A DNA stretch of 47,777 nt from Gonapodya sp. JEL0774 (GCA_027604505.1 JADIIX010000074.1:62001-109777); one strand, 5' to 3'; positions 12,001 to 25,490 are shown, counted from the first letter of the stretch. Numbers and translations are program-made. Notes: a model not told the origin generated them from the letters alone.

Positions 12001-13001
12001 ATGGTATGTCACGGCGACTCGGTTTGTGCTGCAGGGTCCGTCACCTTTCATTGCCTCCCTAGAGCTTTAAACGCTCGGATGAATTGAAAAGGCATCAAGT
12101 CACACCGGCTGGTATCTCCGCGTGCGCGCGGAATCGAAGGCGGCCGGAAGTGACGTTTGCGCATGCTATGATGACCAACACTGCAGGCTCAACGAATCCA
12201 TTAACACCAATTTCCGTCGTAACGCAAGCTTCAATACATCTTTCTGGAGCGGTCCACAACCAACCTGATACCTTAGACATTCATCCAACCGATCAGGGTA
12301 TCACCCGATCGTTCGCAGGTCGGAGTCCTAGTGTTTATGACGAAGCCACGCCGCTAGCAAGCGCTCTGCTCCTTCGACGATTAAGTGGGTTGGCTCACCT
12401 GCCTAACGATCACAGTAATATCCCGGTTTTGGGCGATGATCAATCAAAAACGCATAGGCTCAGCTCGCAGGGCGGTCAAGAACATTCGGAGTCCGACAAC
12501 GAGGATAGTGATGTGGGATCCTTGGTCAGTGGAACCACAAATCGAAGCAGAGTGGCTGGTCCTGAGGCATACAAGGCAATGTCCGCGATCAATGGAAATG
12601 ACGGGGCGGTGTCAAGTGGCAAACAGCATTGTCGTGAAGATGGTGTGGACTCGGGTTCAGACACTTTTCGGATGAACATATTCTCTGATGAGGTCTCGCC
12701 AAGTTCGGAAATGGTAAGTCTTGTGACAGTCTCCGTACGCGTAGACGTACATGATTCTTATCGTCAAATTTCGCAGTCGTGCCATAGTAATACGGACGAT
12801 CAGTCTCCCTGCAAATGGAATTCGAAGGGAAGGGCAAGCAAGAAGACTGCTGCGGACCGAGGCCGAAGGCGAGGGAGAAATAAGAAGCGTGCACCTCATG
12901 GACTTTTCATGAACAGTAATGAGCAACTCGATCTGTTGCTCGCTGCAGTCTCCGAAGTGGAGAAACCCATTCCGCGACTCCCAAGTCGAAACGGACACTG
13001 A
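9032..13001 (+). CDS. C2H2 zinc-finger transcription factor with two separated finger clusters
   Basis: After removing intron 9385-9688: YRCPFPDCDFQTDRRFNLESHLNTLKH, ICPTCGLKFTRKGQLTRHVVRH-TGERP-YPCRFPGCEELFARVDRRSRHEKSGH. Second cluster after splicing: CVICGQLCASKSALRVHMGLH, FPCDVVGCGKSFYRTQDLRRHIRCH-TNEKP-YGCQVCTMSFKRSDELKRH. Confidence 0.88.
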
Positions 13002-13125
13002 CGGTGACATCGTCACTTAATCGTACATGTAAACTACGCATTTATTTATAAATTCACAGTTTGTTCTCGTATCAATCACTCCTAGAATCACATTATTCTG
13101 TCGGCACGCCATTGTCGATTCCCTT

Positions 13126-16100
13126 TTACAAACCATTGATGAGAAGCTTCTCCACCTTTCCCGGCTGTGGTGTTGGCTCTGCGCTTTGGGCGGCAGAGCT
13201 TGCCGCTTCCGCATGTGCTGCTTTAACATAATCAGGAAACTCAGCGTCTTGGTGTACGTCGTGAACAAAAGGTCCGTCGACAATATCAAACTCGTTCAGC
13301 TTCGGACGGCACATCTCAGATGCATAGTGGCGCTTTGGTCCTGCCCAGATGCCCACCTGCGAACAAAAGTTGTGGAACAATTTCGGCAATGGTTCAGATT
13401 ACAAAGAGAACAGCCTTTCCCTACGATGATTCCGTCCGGCCTCTTGTACCAGCTTCGGCAGTTCAATGACCAAACTGTTCCCCGCAAGAAAGCTTGGGTG
13501 TCATCATTGAACCTGGGCAACCATAAACAGCGGCTCCGTGTTCAAGCACACCAGGACGCAGGACCAATAATGCATTGACTCACTTTTCTTGCGCCTCCAA
13601 CTTCGGATTAAAAGATCGGACTTGGCCTGTCCGAATCTTGTGCGCCATTTGAGTTGCATAGTTTGCCTGTTTTGGGTCGGTCGCAGTCATCCACACATTG
13701 CAGCGTTCTTGAACCGAACTCACTCCAACTTCGATAACCTCCATGGCTGACCCACCGCCACCACCTGCAATCGGCGTCTGTCGAAATTGTGAGCGGATGA
13801 ATGGGTCATCAGCACCTCCAAGTGGCACCGAAGAAACAAACATTTGCTCCGAGAATCGTGACATAGTTCGGGAAGCCATTCACACAGACGCTCTTATAGG
13901 TCTTGACATATTTTGAATGATCACCACCCCACAATTCGCGCAGTGTCACGGAATTCAGGCCCGTCACCTCGAACGATGGAATGAAAGTTGTATCAAACCC
14001 TATATGAAATAGGCAGTGATTCAACACGTTGTGGTGTGTAAATGAATAATGATTATCACCTGTAGCAAATATCACGCAATCATACTCTCGTGCACCCGCT
14101 TCGGTGCTGATGATTCCACTCTCTGTGAACCGTTCAATTTTGTCCGTCAATAAAGTTACGTTGGGCTCCTGTAAACTGTACCGTGCAATTTCAGACCGAT
14201 TAAGTGACTCATTCGATTGAATGTAGAACATACGCTGGCAAGTAATCATCTGATGGTGTAAGGCGTCGGCAACCAATTGGATAGTCGGGAATCAATTTCG
14301 CTCTGAGAGCAGGATCCTTTATTTCGTCGGTCATGTAGTTACGGGCATACTCTGTGGCACTTTGGTTCATTTTGGAGCCCTTGGTTCTCGTGAAGGATTC
14401 AATCACGGGAATGCAGTCAGCGAAGGGCTTGTGCTTACTATTTGAAAGAGAGGCCACGAAACCGACTCCTTGTCGTACAAATCGTTGCGGTACTTCTCCA
14501 GAGCACCGGGTACCTCACGAAACGTCCGCTTTTGTTCTTCCGTGTATGGGTCTAACGGGAAGAGGACAGTGTCCAGTCAGAGACGAATATTGTCGACAGC
14601 AATTTATCTTACCTTTTAATTCCTTCGGAATGATCCACACAGGGCTTCGTTGATAGACTGTCAAATGAGAAGCAAGAGATTGCACTCCTGGAATTGTTTG
14701 CACTTTTGGGCGAGCACATGATTCTTCTTTAGGCACATGCTTCAACGGACTTCGTGAAATACCTGCAGAAGCCCCTGTTCCCTAGAAAATGAGACAACGC
14801 GTGAAGTGTTGTTTGTTATCGCAATCACGAGGAAAGACACACAATGACGGCAACTCGTTTTCCTCTGAGATCGTAATTTTCATCCCACAAAGCAGTATCT
14901 AGGTGGTGGGGGAGGGGTTGGGGCGTGGGGGGAGGGGGAAGAGGGAAGGGGGAAGAGGGAAGAGGGAAGAGGGTGCATACATAGGTAGGAGAGGGCATAA
15001 CGAGGTGCGGGCAAAGGAGTGCAACGCGACGGTGTCGGGCATGCGTGGTTCGGCATAGATCAATGACAAAGCAAAGCCACTAAGATCGTTCGGTGCATCG
15101 ATGCTTACGCATCTTCTTGCCCTTATCTGTGTGTTGTGTTGGTCAATTTTGAAGTTTTGCGATGCGGAAGATGAACAAGACCGCTCACAGTCGTCCATTC
15201 CGGGAATCTGCGCAAATTTTGGTATCGACAGGCATCCTGAGCCATTCACCAGCAGATTGCACTCTTCTTCAGTCTCAGTACCGTTCTCATCGTTCCGCAC
15301 TTTGACCCTCCAAACAGCGTGTGCGTCGTCCCAAGTTGCAGACATGACGGCACTGTTATATTGAATGTGTGGGGTCACGCCATACTTGTCAGCAACTTCT
15401 TGAAAGTAGGCTGCAATTTCAGGTGCCTTGGAGTACGGTAAGGACCAATCTGTGGTTGGCGCCATTACGCCAGTAAGGAGCAAGAAATGAAAGCGACCCA
15501 AACCCTGAAAGCCTCACCTGGATTCGGAGCAAATGAGAAAGTGTAGACGTGAGAGAGGACGTCGCAACCGCAGTTTGCTGCCATCAGAGGTTAGGTTAGG
15601 AACCAATAGGACGACACGCCTTCAACACTGGACTGGTTTACTCAACGATATTTGTTTACCCACCACGTTCCCCCAGGCCTCGGTTGTTTCTCGTAGATCA
15701 CATAGTCCGTTATTCTTGCGTCATTTAGGTACTTTCCTGGGAGTCATAAGGGGACTCATTAGGAGTGGAAACATCCTTGCCAGAGCTAGTGTGTTGCGTT
15801 TTGAAGTAAGTAGTGAGAAGAACCCACCGAGAGCAATACCCGATGCGCCTGCTCCAACTAATTGATTTGTTCGTGGGATGAGCGCATGCAAATGCATTCA
15901 TGGGGGGTGAACATTCAACCCTCACCGCAAATGACCCGCGTTTTCACCTTATCTAGATCAGCGCCATCTTTGACAACAACCCTTGGTAGAGCAGCTATGT
16001 CAACCCAGTTTTACGTGTTAAGGTGTTCAGTGAGGCAAGATCAGAACCTTGCGGAAGAAGTGCGATTTCACCTGCGATGTTGCTGAAACCTCCAAATAGA

Positions 16101-16162
16101 CCTTTTCCCCAGTCCTTGCCATCGGCGGACTCCAAAGTGTCCGCGGAGATCGAGTTACCCAT
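13126..16162 (-). CDS. Baeyer-Villiger-type FAD/NADPH monooxygenase (FMO-like, many exons)
   Basis: GAGASG dinucleotide motif, spliced fingerprint YKGKKMHTALWD, GKRVAVI-GTGAS, YQRSPVWIIP, LIPDYPIGCRRL, ATG-FD, WSLNCRSWYK. Confidence 0.9.
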
Positions 16163-16242
16163 TCGTTCGGAGGCAAAAGGTGACGGCCGATCCGGCTGTT
16201 GATGCCGTGACCACAGAATCCTTTTCCAATGACTGTACATTC

Positions 16243-17116
16243 ATGGTCTTTTCACGATTACTGCGCTTCCCAAGCTCAATCTTAAGTCATCGATATTTTT
16301 CGACCGTACCACCGACTTCAAAGGCGTCTTCTGCCGTACCCTCCCGCCGATTCCGATCGGCACTGCTGAACAGCTATGTTGACAAGCTCCGCGAACGACC
16401 GGGATCGTACCTGACGGCCTTTCTGATACTGCATGAGGTAACAGCGGGTGAGGATCGCATCTAGTTTTATGCCATTGAATCGCTGACGTTCTGATGCGGA
16501 TTTATTTTCCAATCTCGGCGGCGAATGTTAGTGGGAGCCCTGCCGCTAGTGTTCTATTTTTTACAAAATTCAGACATACGATGGGAATCTATGTTTGATA
16601 AAGGTAGGCTGGTTTGACGCTGCATCCGGCCGTGACCTTCGCGCCAAACTCCGAGTTTCTGTGTCGCAGATACCCTTGATGAAGGTAGTAAGCACATGGC
16701 GCGGGCGATGAAAGCTCTGAAGCTACCATTTGAAGTAGAAGAGGGCTCCAAGGTTGCATTGGTGAGTCGCCGACTTCGGCGAGAAGTTCGACCAAATGTT
16801 TTGGAACTCCATTGCCGGATAGAATGCTGCAGCAACCTACGCGATTGTGAAGGTCGCTATGCCGCTCCGGTAGGTGCCGTCTGGACCAAGGATTCTGAAT
16901 AGCCTACCAGAATGATGCGCGTTTCACAGCCTGGCGGTATCATTCGCCCTCACTCCTTCTTTCGCACGATACATATGCATACCGATCGCAACTTTGCTAG
17001 GACGCATTGTGCTGCGCACGCCTCGTGCTGTTGGAACAAGTGCGGCGCAAGGTGGCTCGGCGACAGCTCCAAGGCGTGGTGCAGAGGCGGGTGGACAAGA
17101 GGGAATTAAGAAGTAG
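16243..17116 (+). CDS. MRX11: Mitochondrial MRX11-like protein (FLILHELTA family)
   Basis: R/S-rich targeting-like N-terminus, then YLTAFLILHEVTA. Spliced C-terminus AATYAIVKVAMPLRLAVSFALTPSFARY, stop TAG 17114-17116. Confidence 0.8.
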
Positions 17117-17280
17117 AACATATCCTCGACATATAGTCTGTTTGTTGCTTCTTCTTTCATTTCGGGTCATGTATGTAAATTTGCAGAAACTAGATGGAGA
17201 TTGAACTTGTTACAATGAAGAAGGAATGCATGAAGTCCCAACAGTAATTCGACAACAAACTCGCTTCTACGACCTCGATC

Positions 17281-18428
17281 TCAACCAATCCCTCTGGCAG
17301 TGTCTCAATGCAATGTACGAGTCACGGTGAAATATCGTCTCTTGTGAATCCAGAGTCTCGTCTGCACGGATTCAACATTACGAGAACTGACACTCAGTTT
17401 ATGATATTGTGCAAACCAGTAAACCACTCACCATCTTCAAACTCAACAACGTTTCCGAGATGTATGTTTGCGACAACATCAACTTTCCATCTCGCAAATT
17501 CTTCCTTGCACACTCCCAATTTTGCCGCAATCCGACTTTTTGTGTCTCTCCAGCATTCCCCTTGGTTGACGTGCATCAAAAACGGTCTACCGTACGGAGA
17601 TTCCACCGTGTTCTCATAATGCATAACCGAAACCACGAAGCCTTTCTGGTCAGGAGAACGATATATTTCGGCAGCTGGTATTTCCTTGAAGTATCACATG
17701 CATCAGGGTTTTGTGCTGCATCACATTGTTTTATGAAAAAAGAGCACCCACCTCGGCGTACAAGTGACAAAAGTTACTGAAACAGTACTTCACTTGACGA
17801 ACAATATCTTGCTCAGTCTCCCACGACCCAGCAATCAATCCACCTTTCACCTTAACCAGCCTCAACCTGCCAGACCCCTCGCCAGTAGAATCGAACGGAA
17901 AATGTTCGTACATTCCATCCAAAAGCTCCGCGAGAATGCTATCTCGCTCGATGAGACCGTGCACGTGACTGATTTGCCTGAGATGAGAATCAACAACGCC
18001 AATGTCATACTCCACAGTTTCTGATGTAGTGCCTGTTCGACCGGTTTTGGGCGCAAACAGTCGCCGGAGAAATTGGGTCATAGATGTCAATCCTCTCCTT
18101 GTGTTGATGTAAGAACCCGTGTCACGAGGGGGCCTCATCACAGAGCCAGTACGGAACCTTCCAGAGCAACAGATATCTGAGCCCTGCCACTTCAACAGAG
18201 CTTTAAAGCTACCGAAGTGGACTCAAGTGGACTCAAGATTACGTGATGCAGTGGATGTCACGGATATTACCGAATTCTCCGCGTTGACGCCCGGGTAAAA
18301 GCCGGCTAAATCTTGCCGCAGAATCAGGGGTCCATACTAGGCGGAAAGGTGTAGGTGTCCTTGTGCTCTTGTGCTTGAAGAGCTTGAAAAGCTTGCCGGC
18401 GAGGTGGGCGAAGGCGGTGCGGGAGGCC
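17281..18428 (-). CDS. Divergent USP7/Ubp15 C-terminal (UBL) region; 5' end runs into a scaffold gap
   Basis: GSGRLRLVKV and VSVMHYENTVESPYGRPFLMHVNQGECWRDTKSRIAAKLG..EEFARWK resemble USP7_C2. Last exon DETLDSQETIFHRDSYIALRHCQRIG*. An acceptor cccag lies near 18429, next to the N-gap. Confidence 0.65.
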
Positions 18429-18459
18429 TGGGGTGAGTTGGGGTGAGTTGGGGGGGGGG

Positions 18460-18469
18460 NNNNNNNNNN
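18460..18469. other. Assembly gap (10 N) with G/C homopolymer flanks
   Basis: Run of n in the sequence. Confidence 0.99.
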
Positions 18470-18950
18470 GGCCGGATCCGGGGCGCGTGCCGCGGCTGTC
18501 GCGGGCGGGGGGGCGGCCGCGCGCGCGCCCCCGGCCCCGGCCCGCCGCGCGCGCCCGGTCCGGCAGCTGCACCTGAGAGGGAGCCTGCACATAGTGAAAA
18601 TCTCCGCCTCTCAATTCCTCCAACCGATTTGAAAGCTTCGACGACTCGATCCGCACCAGATTCTCAAAAAAATTTGTCTTCTCTCCGTACGGCGATCATC
18701 CCTTCGCTCTGGGCTCTTTCGTATTGGATTCTCGACATCCCGACGTGGGGCGCTATCACAATAACCTTACCACCTTGCCACCTTGCCGCTGCTTGGTCCG
18801 TTTTCCAAGTGAACTATAGACATCGCTCTCCTAGATATACGGGAAGTCCAAACCTTGGGCAACTGGACGTCGAATCGCACAGAACTACTTCAGTGGTCGA
18901 AACTTTATCCCAACCTCTCCAGTCCCAACCTTCCATCAAACCAACCGACC

Positions 18951-21900
18951 ATGTCAAGCATATCTTTTGATATCGCCGCGGTCATCCGAAATATCGTTGA
19001 CACCGTCCCGGACTCCGCGCTACGAATCACCTTCCCCCTCGAATTCGACAACGAGGACGAAGAAGAATTCGCACAGGATCCCGATGCATCGCGTATTTCA
19101 GGTGTATCTGAACTGCTTGGCCAGGCTGATCCACGTACTACCCATCATCGCCCACCGACCCGAGTACCTTTGGACCCCGTGTACTTGTGGGATCTTGATC
19201 CCGCTCTCGATTCGGCGCTTGCATCTGCAGATGGCGGCGAATCATTCTGGCACCTTGCTCAGAATGCGCATAGATATCGTGACTCTATTGGTGGAGCGTC
19301 AGGATCCCGTTCCCGCAACCGCAAGCCCTCGAGCAGGCGGGAATCTATGCCCGGCGAGATTGTTTCCATGTCAGTCAAAAAGCTCGTAGCATACATTGAC
19401 CACTTTCTCACGAACGCGGAATCAGTAGCAATGGAGGCCACGGAAGGTGACGATTCGGATACAGACGGTGACGGTGATGGAGGTGGTAATGGAACACCAA
19501 AGGACACTTCTGGACGTGAAACCAGCCGTAATTCCGATGACATCCTCCATCGTCTTATCGCTGCCTCCTGTCTCGTGAAGATGCTTCGATTACGTGGGTC
19601 GACCGCTTTCATGCCCTTCTCTCCTGCATCATTCTCCAAAATTGTTCGTGCCGCTAATACGGACATCGGAGCGAGGTGGGGCAGTCCGATCGATGCTCCT
19701 CAAGCAGTGAACGAGGCTAAGAAGGGCAACAAGGCAGCAAAGAAGCCCGCTGTACGAAAAACGAAGAAGAAGGCCGCACCGGACCCGGATGACGTTAGCC
19801 AGAACTTGGAGGACCAGGAGGATGCAATGGACATTGATACCCCAGCGTCCGGCACTCAATCCTCCCGACGTCCAGCGGAAGGTGTAACCTTGACCTCTCT
19901 TCTGGCTCGTCTCTTCGATCAGATTCATTTGCTGCTCTGCGAGCCTGCTGCACATGCGCGAGTGGAACAGGACTGGGACGCTTTAAAGGGTCTTTCGAGG
20001 GCAGTCGGGGAGGCTCTCGCAAACGGCGAAAGTGAGGTTGCAGCTAGCGGTGCAGTCAGAAGCAAAAAGAAGAGCGAAATAAGGTTGGTTTTGGGGAGTC
20101 CGTTTGCTGCGACAAATGCCACACCACAGTGACCCTATATTGTTATCATCCAGCCCGGACCGTCTCACCTCCTCTGCCCTCACTCTGCTCTCTACTCTTC
20201 TCTTTCCTTGCTCGCCCACAACCTTTCGCCCTTCACCTGCTTTCCTCCCGCCAGTTATCACCGCTACTGCCAAGTACCTCCCCACCCTCCGTCTACTCTT
20301 TCCACTTATCCATCGCTCCATTGTTCCCACGCTTCTCTACTCTGGTGGTGTCCGCACCGTATCGGGTGGTGCTCAGGCTCGCGTTGCGGTGGAGAGATCT
20401 GCATTGACCTGGCACTGGGTGCGGGGGATTGTCGAGAGGAGCGCGAGGGACGGAGAGCGGGAAGAAAATGATTCCCATGAAGAAGGTGTAAGGCGAGAAG
20501 TGAATGATGCATCTTGGGTTGTGTTTCAGCAGGTGAGGGTGGAAGCGGCATTGTGGAAGCGGTGCTTCTCCTGGTGATTCATTCTCTGTGCCTCTGGATC
20601 ACGTCTCTCGTAGATTGCTTTTCAAGCCGCTGATCGGTCTGCCCCATTACGTGCTTTAATTGTACCGGAGCTGGTCTCCCTTGCTGAGAGCATGGGGAGC
20701 ATCAGGTGCAGGCAAGCAGCCGCTTGGGTAGGGAAGATGGGACTGAACGCAAAGCCTTCGTACCGCGTCTTCTCTCTTGATCTTCTCGCCGCCCTATACT
20801 CCTCGTCTCTCCATCGTGTGGATCCTACAAAACTAAGTCCTTCTTACCTGTCACTCGTTGCAGCTCGAGTAAATGACTCATCACGCCCGGTCCGCACTAA
20901 AGCACTTGAACTTATTGCAGCCGCGTTAAGAGATGAAGAAACTGAAGGCCGACCATCAGGGGACCAATCACCCTCTTCGTTTGTGATGAACTTAATCCGT
21001 CGCCGCCCAGCCCGGGCAACGACTGGAACAGGGTTAGGTAACCCAGATGCCTCGAGTTTCTCGGAGGCTTTTTCGACTACAGGCACTCACCCTGCTACTC
21101 TCAGCCAGTCAATTTTAAGCCGTGCGGAGGAAGAGAAGGCACCCATCCGGCGAGCGGCGGTCGGAGTACTTGTCGCTTCCGTGATAAAGGAACTGAAGGA
21201 TATATTCCGGCGGGCAAAGCGCTCAACTGGGACATTGGATGTCAGGGAACCGATATCCTCCCAACTGGAATTCGACGGCTCCGGGGAAGGGACGGTAAGA
21301 GCCTCATTACATTTCTCGCACCCTTTGCCAGCCACACATCCCATGCTGGGGATGTTGAGAGAGCGGTGTGCGGACAGGGCGGGAAGTGTAAGGAAAGCAG
21401 CCGTGCAAGGCATGCATGAGGTGATCCAAGTAGTGAAGGAGGCCGGACGGGAGACGGAGTGGGGATGGATATGGAAGTGAGACCTGGTTGAGATTGAGAA
21501 CTTACACGGTTTCAATTTAATTGATCTACTCTGTTCGACTGTAGAATATGGAAGTCAGCGCTCTTCCCAACCGCGTTCGACCCTGATACTGCTATTCAGG
21601 AAGAAATGGCATCCACTGTGATTGCTGAGGTGGTGTCGGGAGTCATCGAGCGGTGAGTAAATCTCCAATCCCACAACTATACACATGTCTGATTTTTGCA
21701 CTTGAATGCCCAACACAGGCCCCAAATAATGTCGCCACTCCTCGCGTCTCTGGACCAAAACTCGATACTTTCTATCCGTCATATGTGCACCATTCTCACA
21801 CAGAAATCAGGTCTTAGTAAATCTTGGGTTCAAGATGTTGGTGCTATCGCCGAGGAGATGGCTGGCGTGAACCTTGCCCGGGTGAATCTCAAAGATAAGG

Positions 21901-24900
21901 GGAAAGGGAAAGCAAAGGCCAAAGAGACAAATAACTTTTCATCCGGAAGTCTCCAATCTGCAGGACAAGGTTGCGCAGAAGTGAGTCCAGCTTGAATAAC
22001 TGGCAGAACTATTTTCTAGATTGAATCCAACTTGATTCTCAGGGTGTTTGGCGTCTTTATCGGGAGCTTGGCACGGCCATGCCGTCCTTTGTGGATGTGA
22101 AAATGGTGATGAGCGCGAGGAATTCAATTGAGGGGGACAAAAGTCAGTGTTTGCGCTTCAAATCCACTCTCAATCTTGTGAGAACTCACCTATTTGGTGC
22201 ATTCGCAAGGTCTCGCGGAAGACCAATGCGGCCGTATTCTTGAACATATTTTGGAACTCCTTGGTGCGGCAGGCCGACAAGTGCTGTCCGCAAATGGCGA
22301 TGCCGCCAAACTTCGCTGTGAGTCGAGCGAGCCGCTCTCAGATAAGTCGAAGATGTTTGACATTGGCACGATAATGCCATCGGAAAGCCTCAACGGTCGA
22401 GAAGCTTTGCAGGATGGAAGTGCCGGTCCGAGCCATCCCTGCGGCGGTCAATTTAATTTTGCAGGTGGGTAGATGATATGTCTCCTCGAATTCTGCACCT
22501 CTTTCACCGTTTGGGTACTTCAAAAGATGTCGAAAGGAGCATCAACGCAAGTGGATGCCTCAGAATTTGTCTGGACCAGCTTGTTGGATGCTGCAGATGC
22601 TTTCCTCGATTTGAAAACTATTGTCGAACGACCTGGTGAGTGTGCGAGCACAACGGACGCTGAAACTGGCTCCTGATTCATGGCCCTGGAAGTAGAACAG
22701 ACCAATCAGGATTCTCTAATGAGAGCGATGACTATGGGAGTCTGTGTCGCACAGGTTTGCAACTCTCGTTCGAAGAAAGATAGCTCGCACGTCGGTTCAC
22801 TCTTTTGCTGCTCGACATATTTAGATTTCCCCATCAGCTCTTTCAGACAAGTTTGTAGGGTCTCTGCAAGGGGTGCTGGCCACTTCATCGATGGAGATTT
22901 CTGGATTAAAAGCGCAAGCACTTGTTGGTCTAGGTCTGGCACATTCTCTTCCTCCACACGATTTGAAAGAAACTGATGCGGTGACTCTTGAATGCAGGCA
23001 AGCTAGCCGCACAGAACGATGATCTGGCCAAAGTAGTGCTACCAGTCGTAGCTAGGGAGCTCGAATTGTCCCCTGAGTTCACTATGCGAAACAAGTGGGC
23101 TCCAAACATTTGCATTTTGCTTGCCTTCGTCCGCGGGAACTAATTTCCCGTTCAGTGCTGCGATTGTTTTGTGTGACCTCGCCCGCTACAGCAAATCGGA
23201 TCGCTACGTTCAAATCATAGGCAATACTCTCGCCGACGAGAACGAGCTCGTCCGGAGACAAGTTCTGCAAGGTTTGACTCGGTTATTGCAGGAGGAATAC
23301 ATCAAAGTATCCCCGGATCTCTTCTTGAAGATTGCAACGAGGATCTCAGATCCAATCATGGAAGTCCACAGTGTTGGTGAGACAAGTTCTGTTTCAAACT
23401 CACACAGCTTGTCTGTCGCTGACCACAATTATGTCAAAGCTGAATACTGTCTGGTCGAAGTACTCCTTGCAAAGCAACCTCTGTGTTTCTACACGTACTT
23501 TGTGGATTGTGTTGGTTTCCTTAATCATGACACTGATTCAAGAGGTAATATAATATTTTTGACGTCCTGTACCCGATATTACAGCTTCTCGACTTATCGC
23601 AATTCTCCACCATTTTTTATCAAGCCGTCAAATTCTGGATCCGCTCGGACACTGAACGGCGTTTCACGTTACCCGGAAATGGGGAAAATGAATCGTGTGT
23701 TCAAAATACTACAAACGACAACGACTTCGTTCCCTCACAAACTTCCATTCAATTCTTTAGGAAACGCCGCAATATCTACAAGTTTCTACTTTCCAAGGTC
23801 AACGACAATCACAGGCTGCAGCTCCGCCAGAAAATTTGCACGGGTGAGTTTATCAAGCATACCACACCCTGGGATTGAGCTGCATCAATATTATGAACCG
23901 CGGTTCAGATGTCATCGGAGGTGTCCTCGGCGGCCAAATTGACCTCGATTCTCAGGGTGGATTAGGCCAGGTAAGCGCACCTATTCTCGGCAGGATTGTG
24001 CCGCCCCACCGACGGATCTCCCTGATGATTAGCTCGTGGACGCATTGTGGATTTTATGCTGTCCAGTGAGTACATCCAGCTAAAAGCTTGAAAATTTGAT
24101 GGCTGGCTCTTATCCCCCAAGTTCTAGGAAATGAAAATTGCAAAGCCACGAGCTTCGAAAGCTGGTGAGGATGATGATCAGCTGGATGTTGGAACGGAGA
24201 AGCAGGAAAACGCTCTCCAAAAGCTCGATCGAACGGCTAAATCGAAGGCCACGAGACAAACTCTTGTGGAAACGTGAGTGAGCCATTCCTTCCCCCCGGA
24301 TTCTGGGTTGATTTTTCTCCTATCCATATCCAATTTGCAGAATGATTCCCATTTTGGTAGAGCTGAAGCATATGCTAGAATCGGTAGGTTTGGTCGGTTC
24401 AGGGGTTTGTGGGTTCTATCTGATCACATACGCGCCCTCCGGCTGACAGAGTCGTTCCCCGATTGTCCGGAACGTCATGACCTGCCTCCGTGAAAACGTC
24501 AAGGACTATCGCTCTGAGATCAACCAGCTGGGAATGGACAAGCGCGTCGCTCAGGAGCTAGAGTTCGACCTGCAGGAAGAGGACAAACGCACTTCCATGG
24601 CAGGTCAACCGAAGCACGCTGCTGATTCCGTCCAGCCACCGGAATCGTTACAGCAACGAGCGAAACCGCAACAGCACCCTGCTGTAATCTGGCTTCCAGA
24701 ATCGGTATCCAAACCACCGAGGCAACAACAGGCCCCCCTTTCTACAGTTTCTAAGCAAATGGGAGGCGGAGCGAAAGTTGACGCTGGGGAGAATATTCTC
24801 GCTCCGCCCACCAAAGCGACGAAGAAAGGCACCAAAGCTACCATTCGAGGTCAGAGACCACATGAGCATGATGTTCATGATCTGTCGGACTCCTCCACAA

Positions 24901-25490
24901 TCTCTCAGAAACCACCAAAACCACCCCGCGCCGCAAAACGCTCGAAAGCTGTGCTTTCGCGACAACCACTCGCACCATTAGATCAACTGATCTCTGCAAC
25001 CATTCCGAAAACTTCCGCAAGCAATCAAGAATACCCGACTTATGGTCCAAACAATGCCGATGCCACACATACTTCGCGAAAAAGTTCATTGGTTATTAAG
25101 TCATCTCAATTTTCGATTCCACGAGTTCGCTCTCACGGGAAGAAAATGGAGGCGCCAGAAAGTGAAAGTGACGACGAGAATCTGGAAGAAGACGACATCC
25201 GAAGCTTGTCGGGAAGGACTGGAGTGTCGGCGAAAGCTGGGGAAAATCGCAATTTCAGGGGTTTGAGCATACTTTCATCAAGGACCGGTAGGAGTTCTAA
25301 TTGGTATGATAAGTCGTTCGCGGTGGTAGAACAGGAATTGACAGGTGCGGTCGAGGTTTATAAATTCGGTTCCAGTGCGCCTGATTCTCACACAATTTTC
25401 TCTAAGGACTCTCACCAATCATGCCAAATCGATTTACTGAAAGGAGCATGCCTCCGTTTGGGAGTCCTTAATCCATCAATATGCACTTAG
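18951..25490 (+). CDS. NCAPD3: Condensin II complex subunit D3 (HEAT repeats, Cnd1 domain); exact 3' end uncertain
   Basis: KPSYRVFSLDLL, RVNDSSRPVRTKAL, RAEEEKAPIRRAA, RERCADRAGSVRKAA, AIVLCDLARY..DRYV..LADENELVRRQVLQGLTRLLQEEYIK (LLQEEYIK is D3-type), MIPILVELKHMLE..MTCLRENVKDYRSEI..DKRVAQELEFDL. Confidence 0.85.

Noticed and set aside
18470..18580. Extremely GC-rich stretch that could be read as a CpG island or rDNA spacer
   Set aside because: It abuts the N-gap and looks like low-quality contig-end sequence, so it cannot be interpreted.
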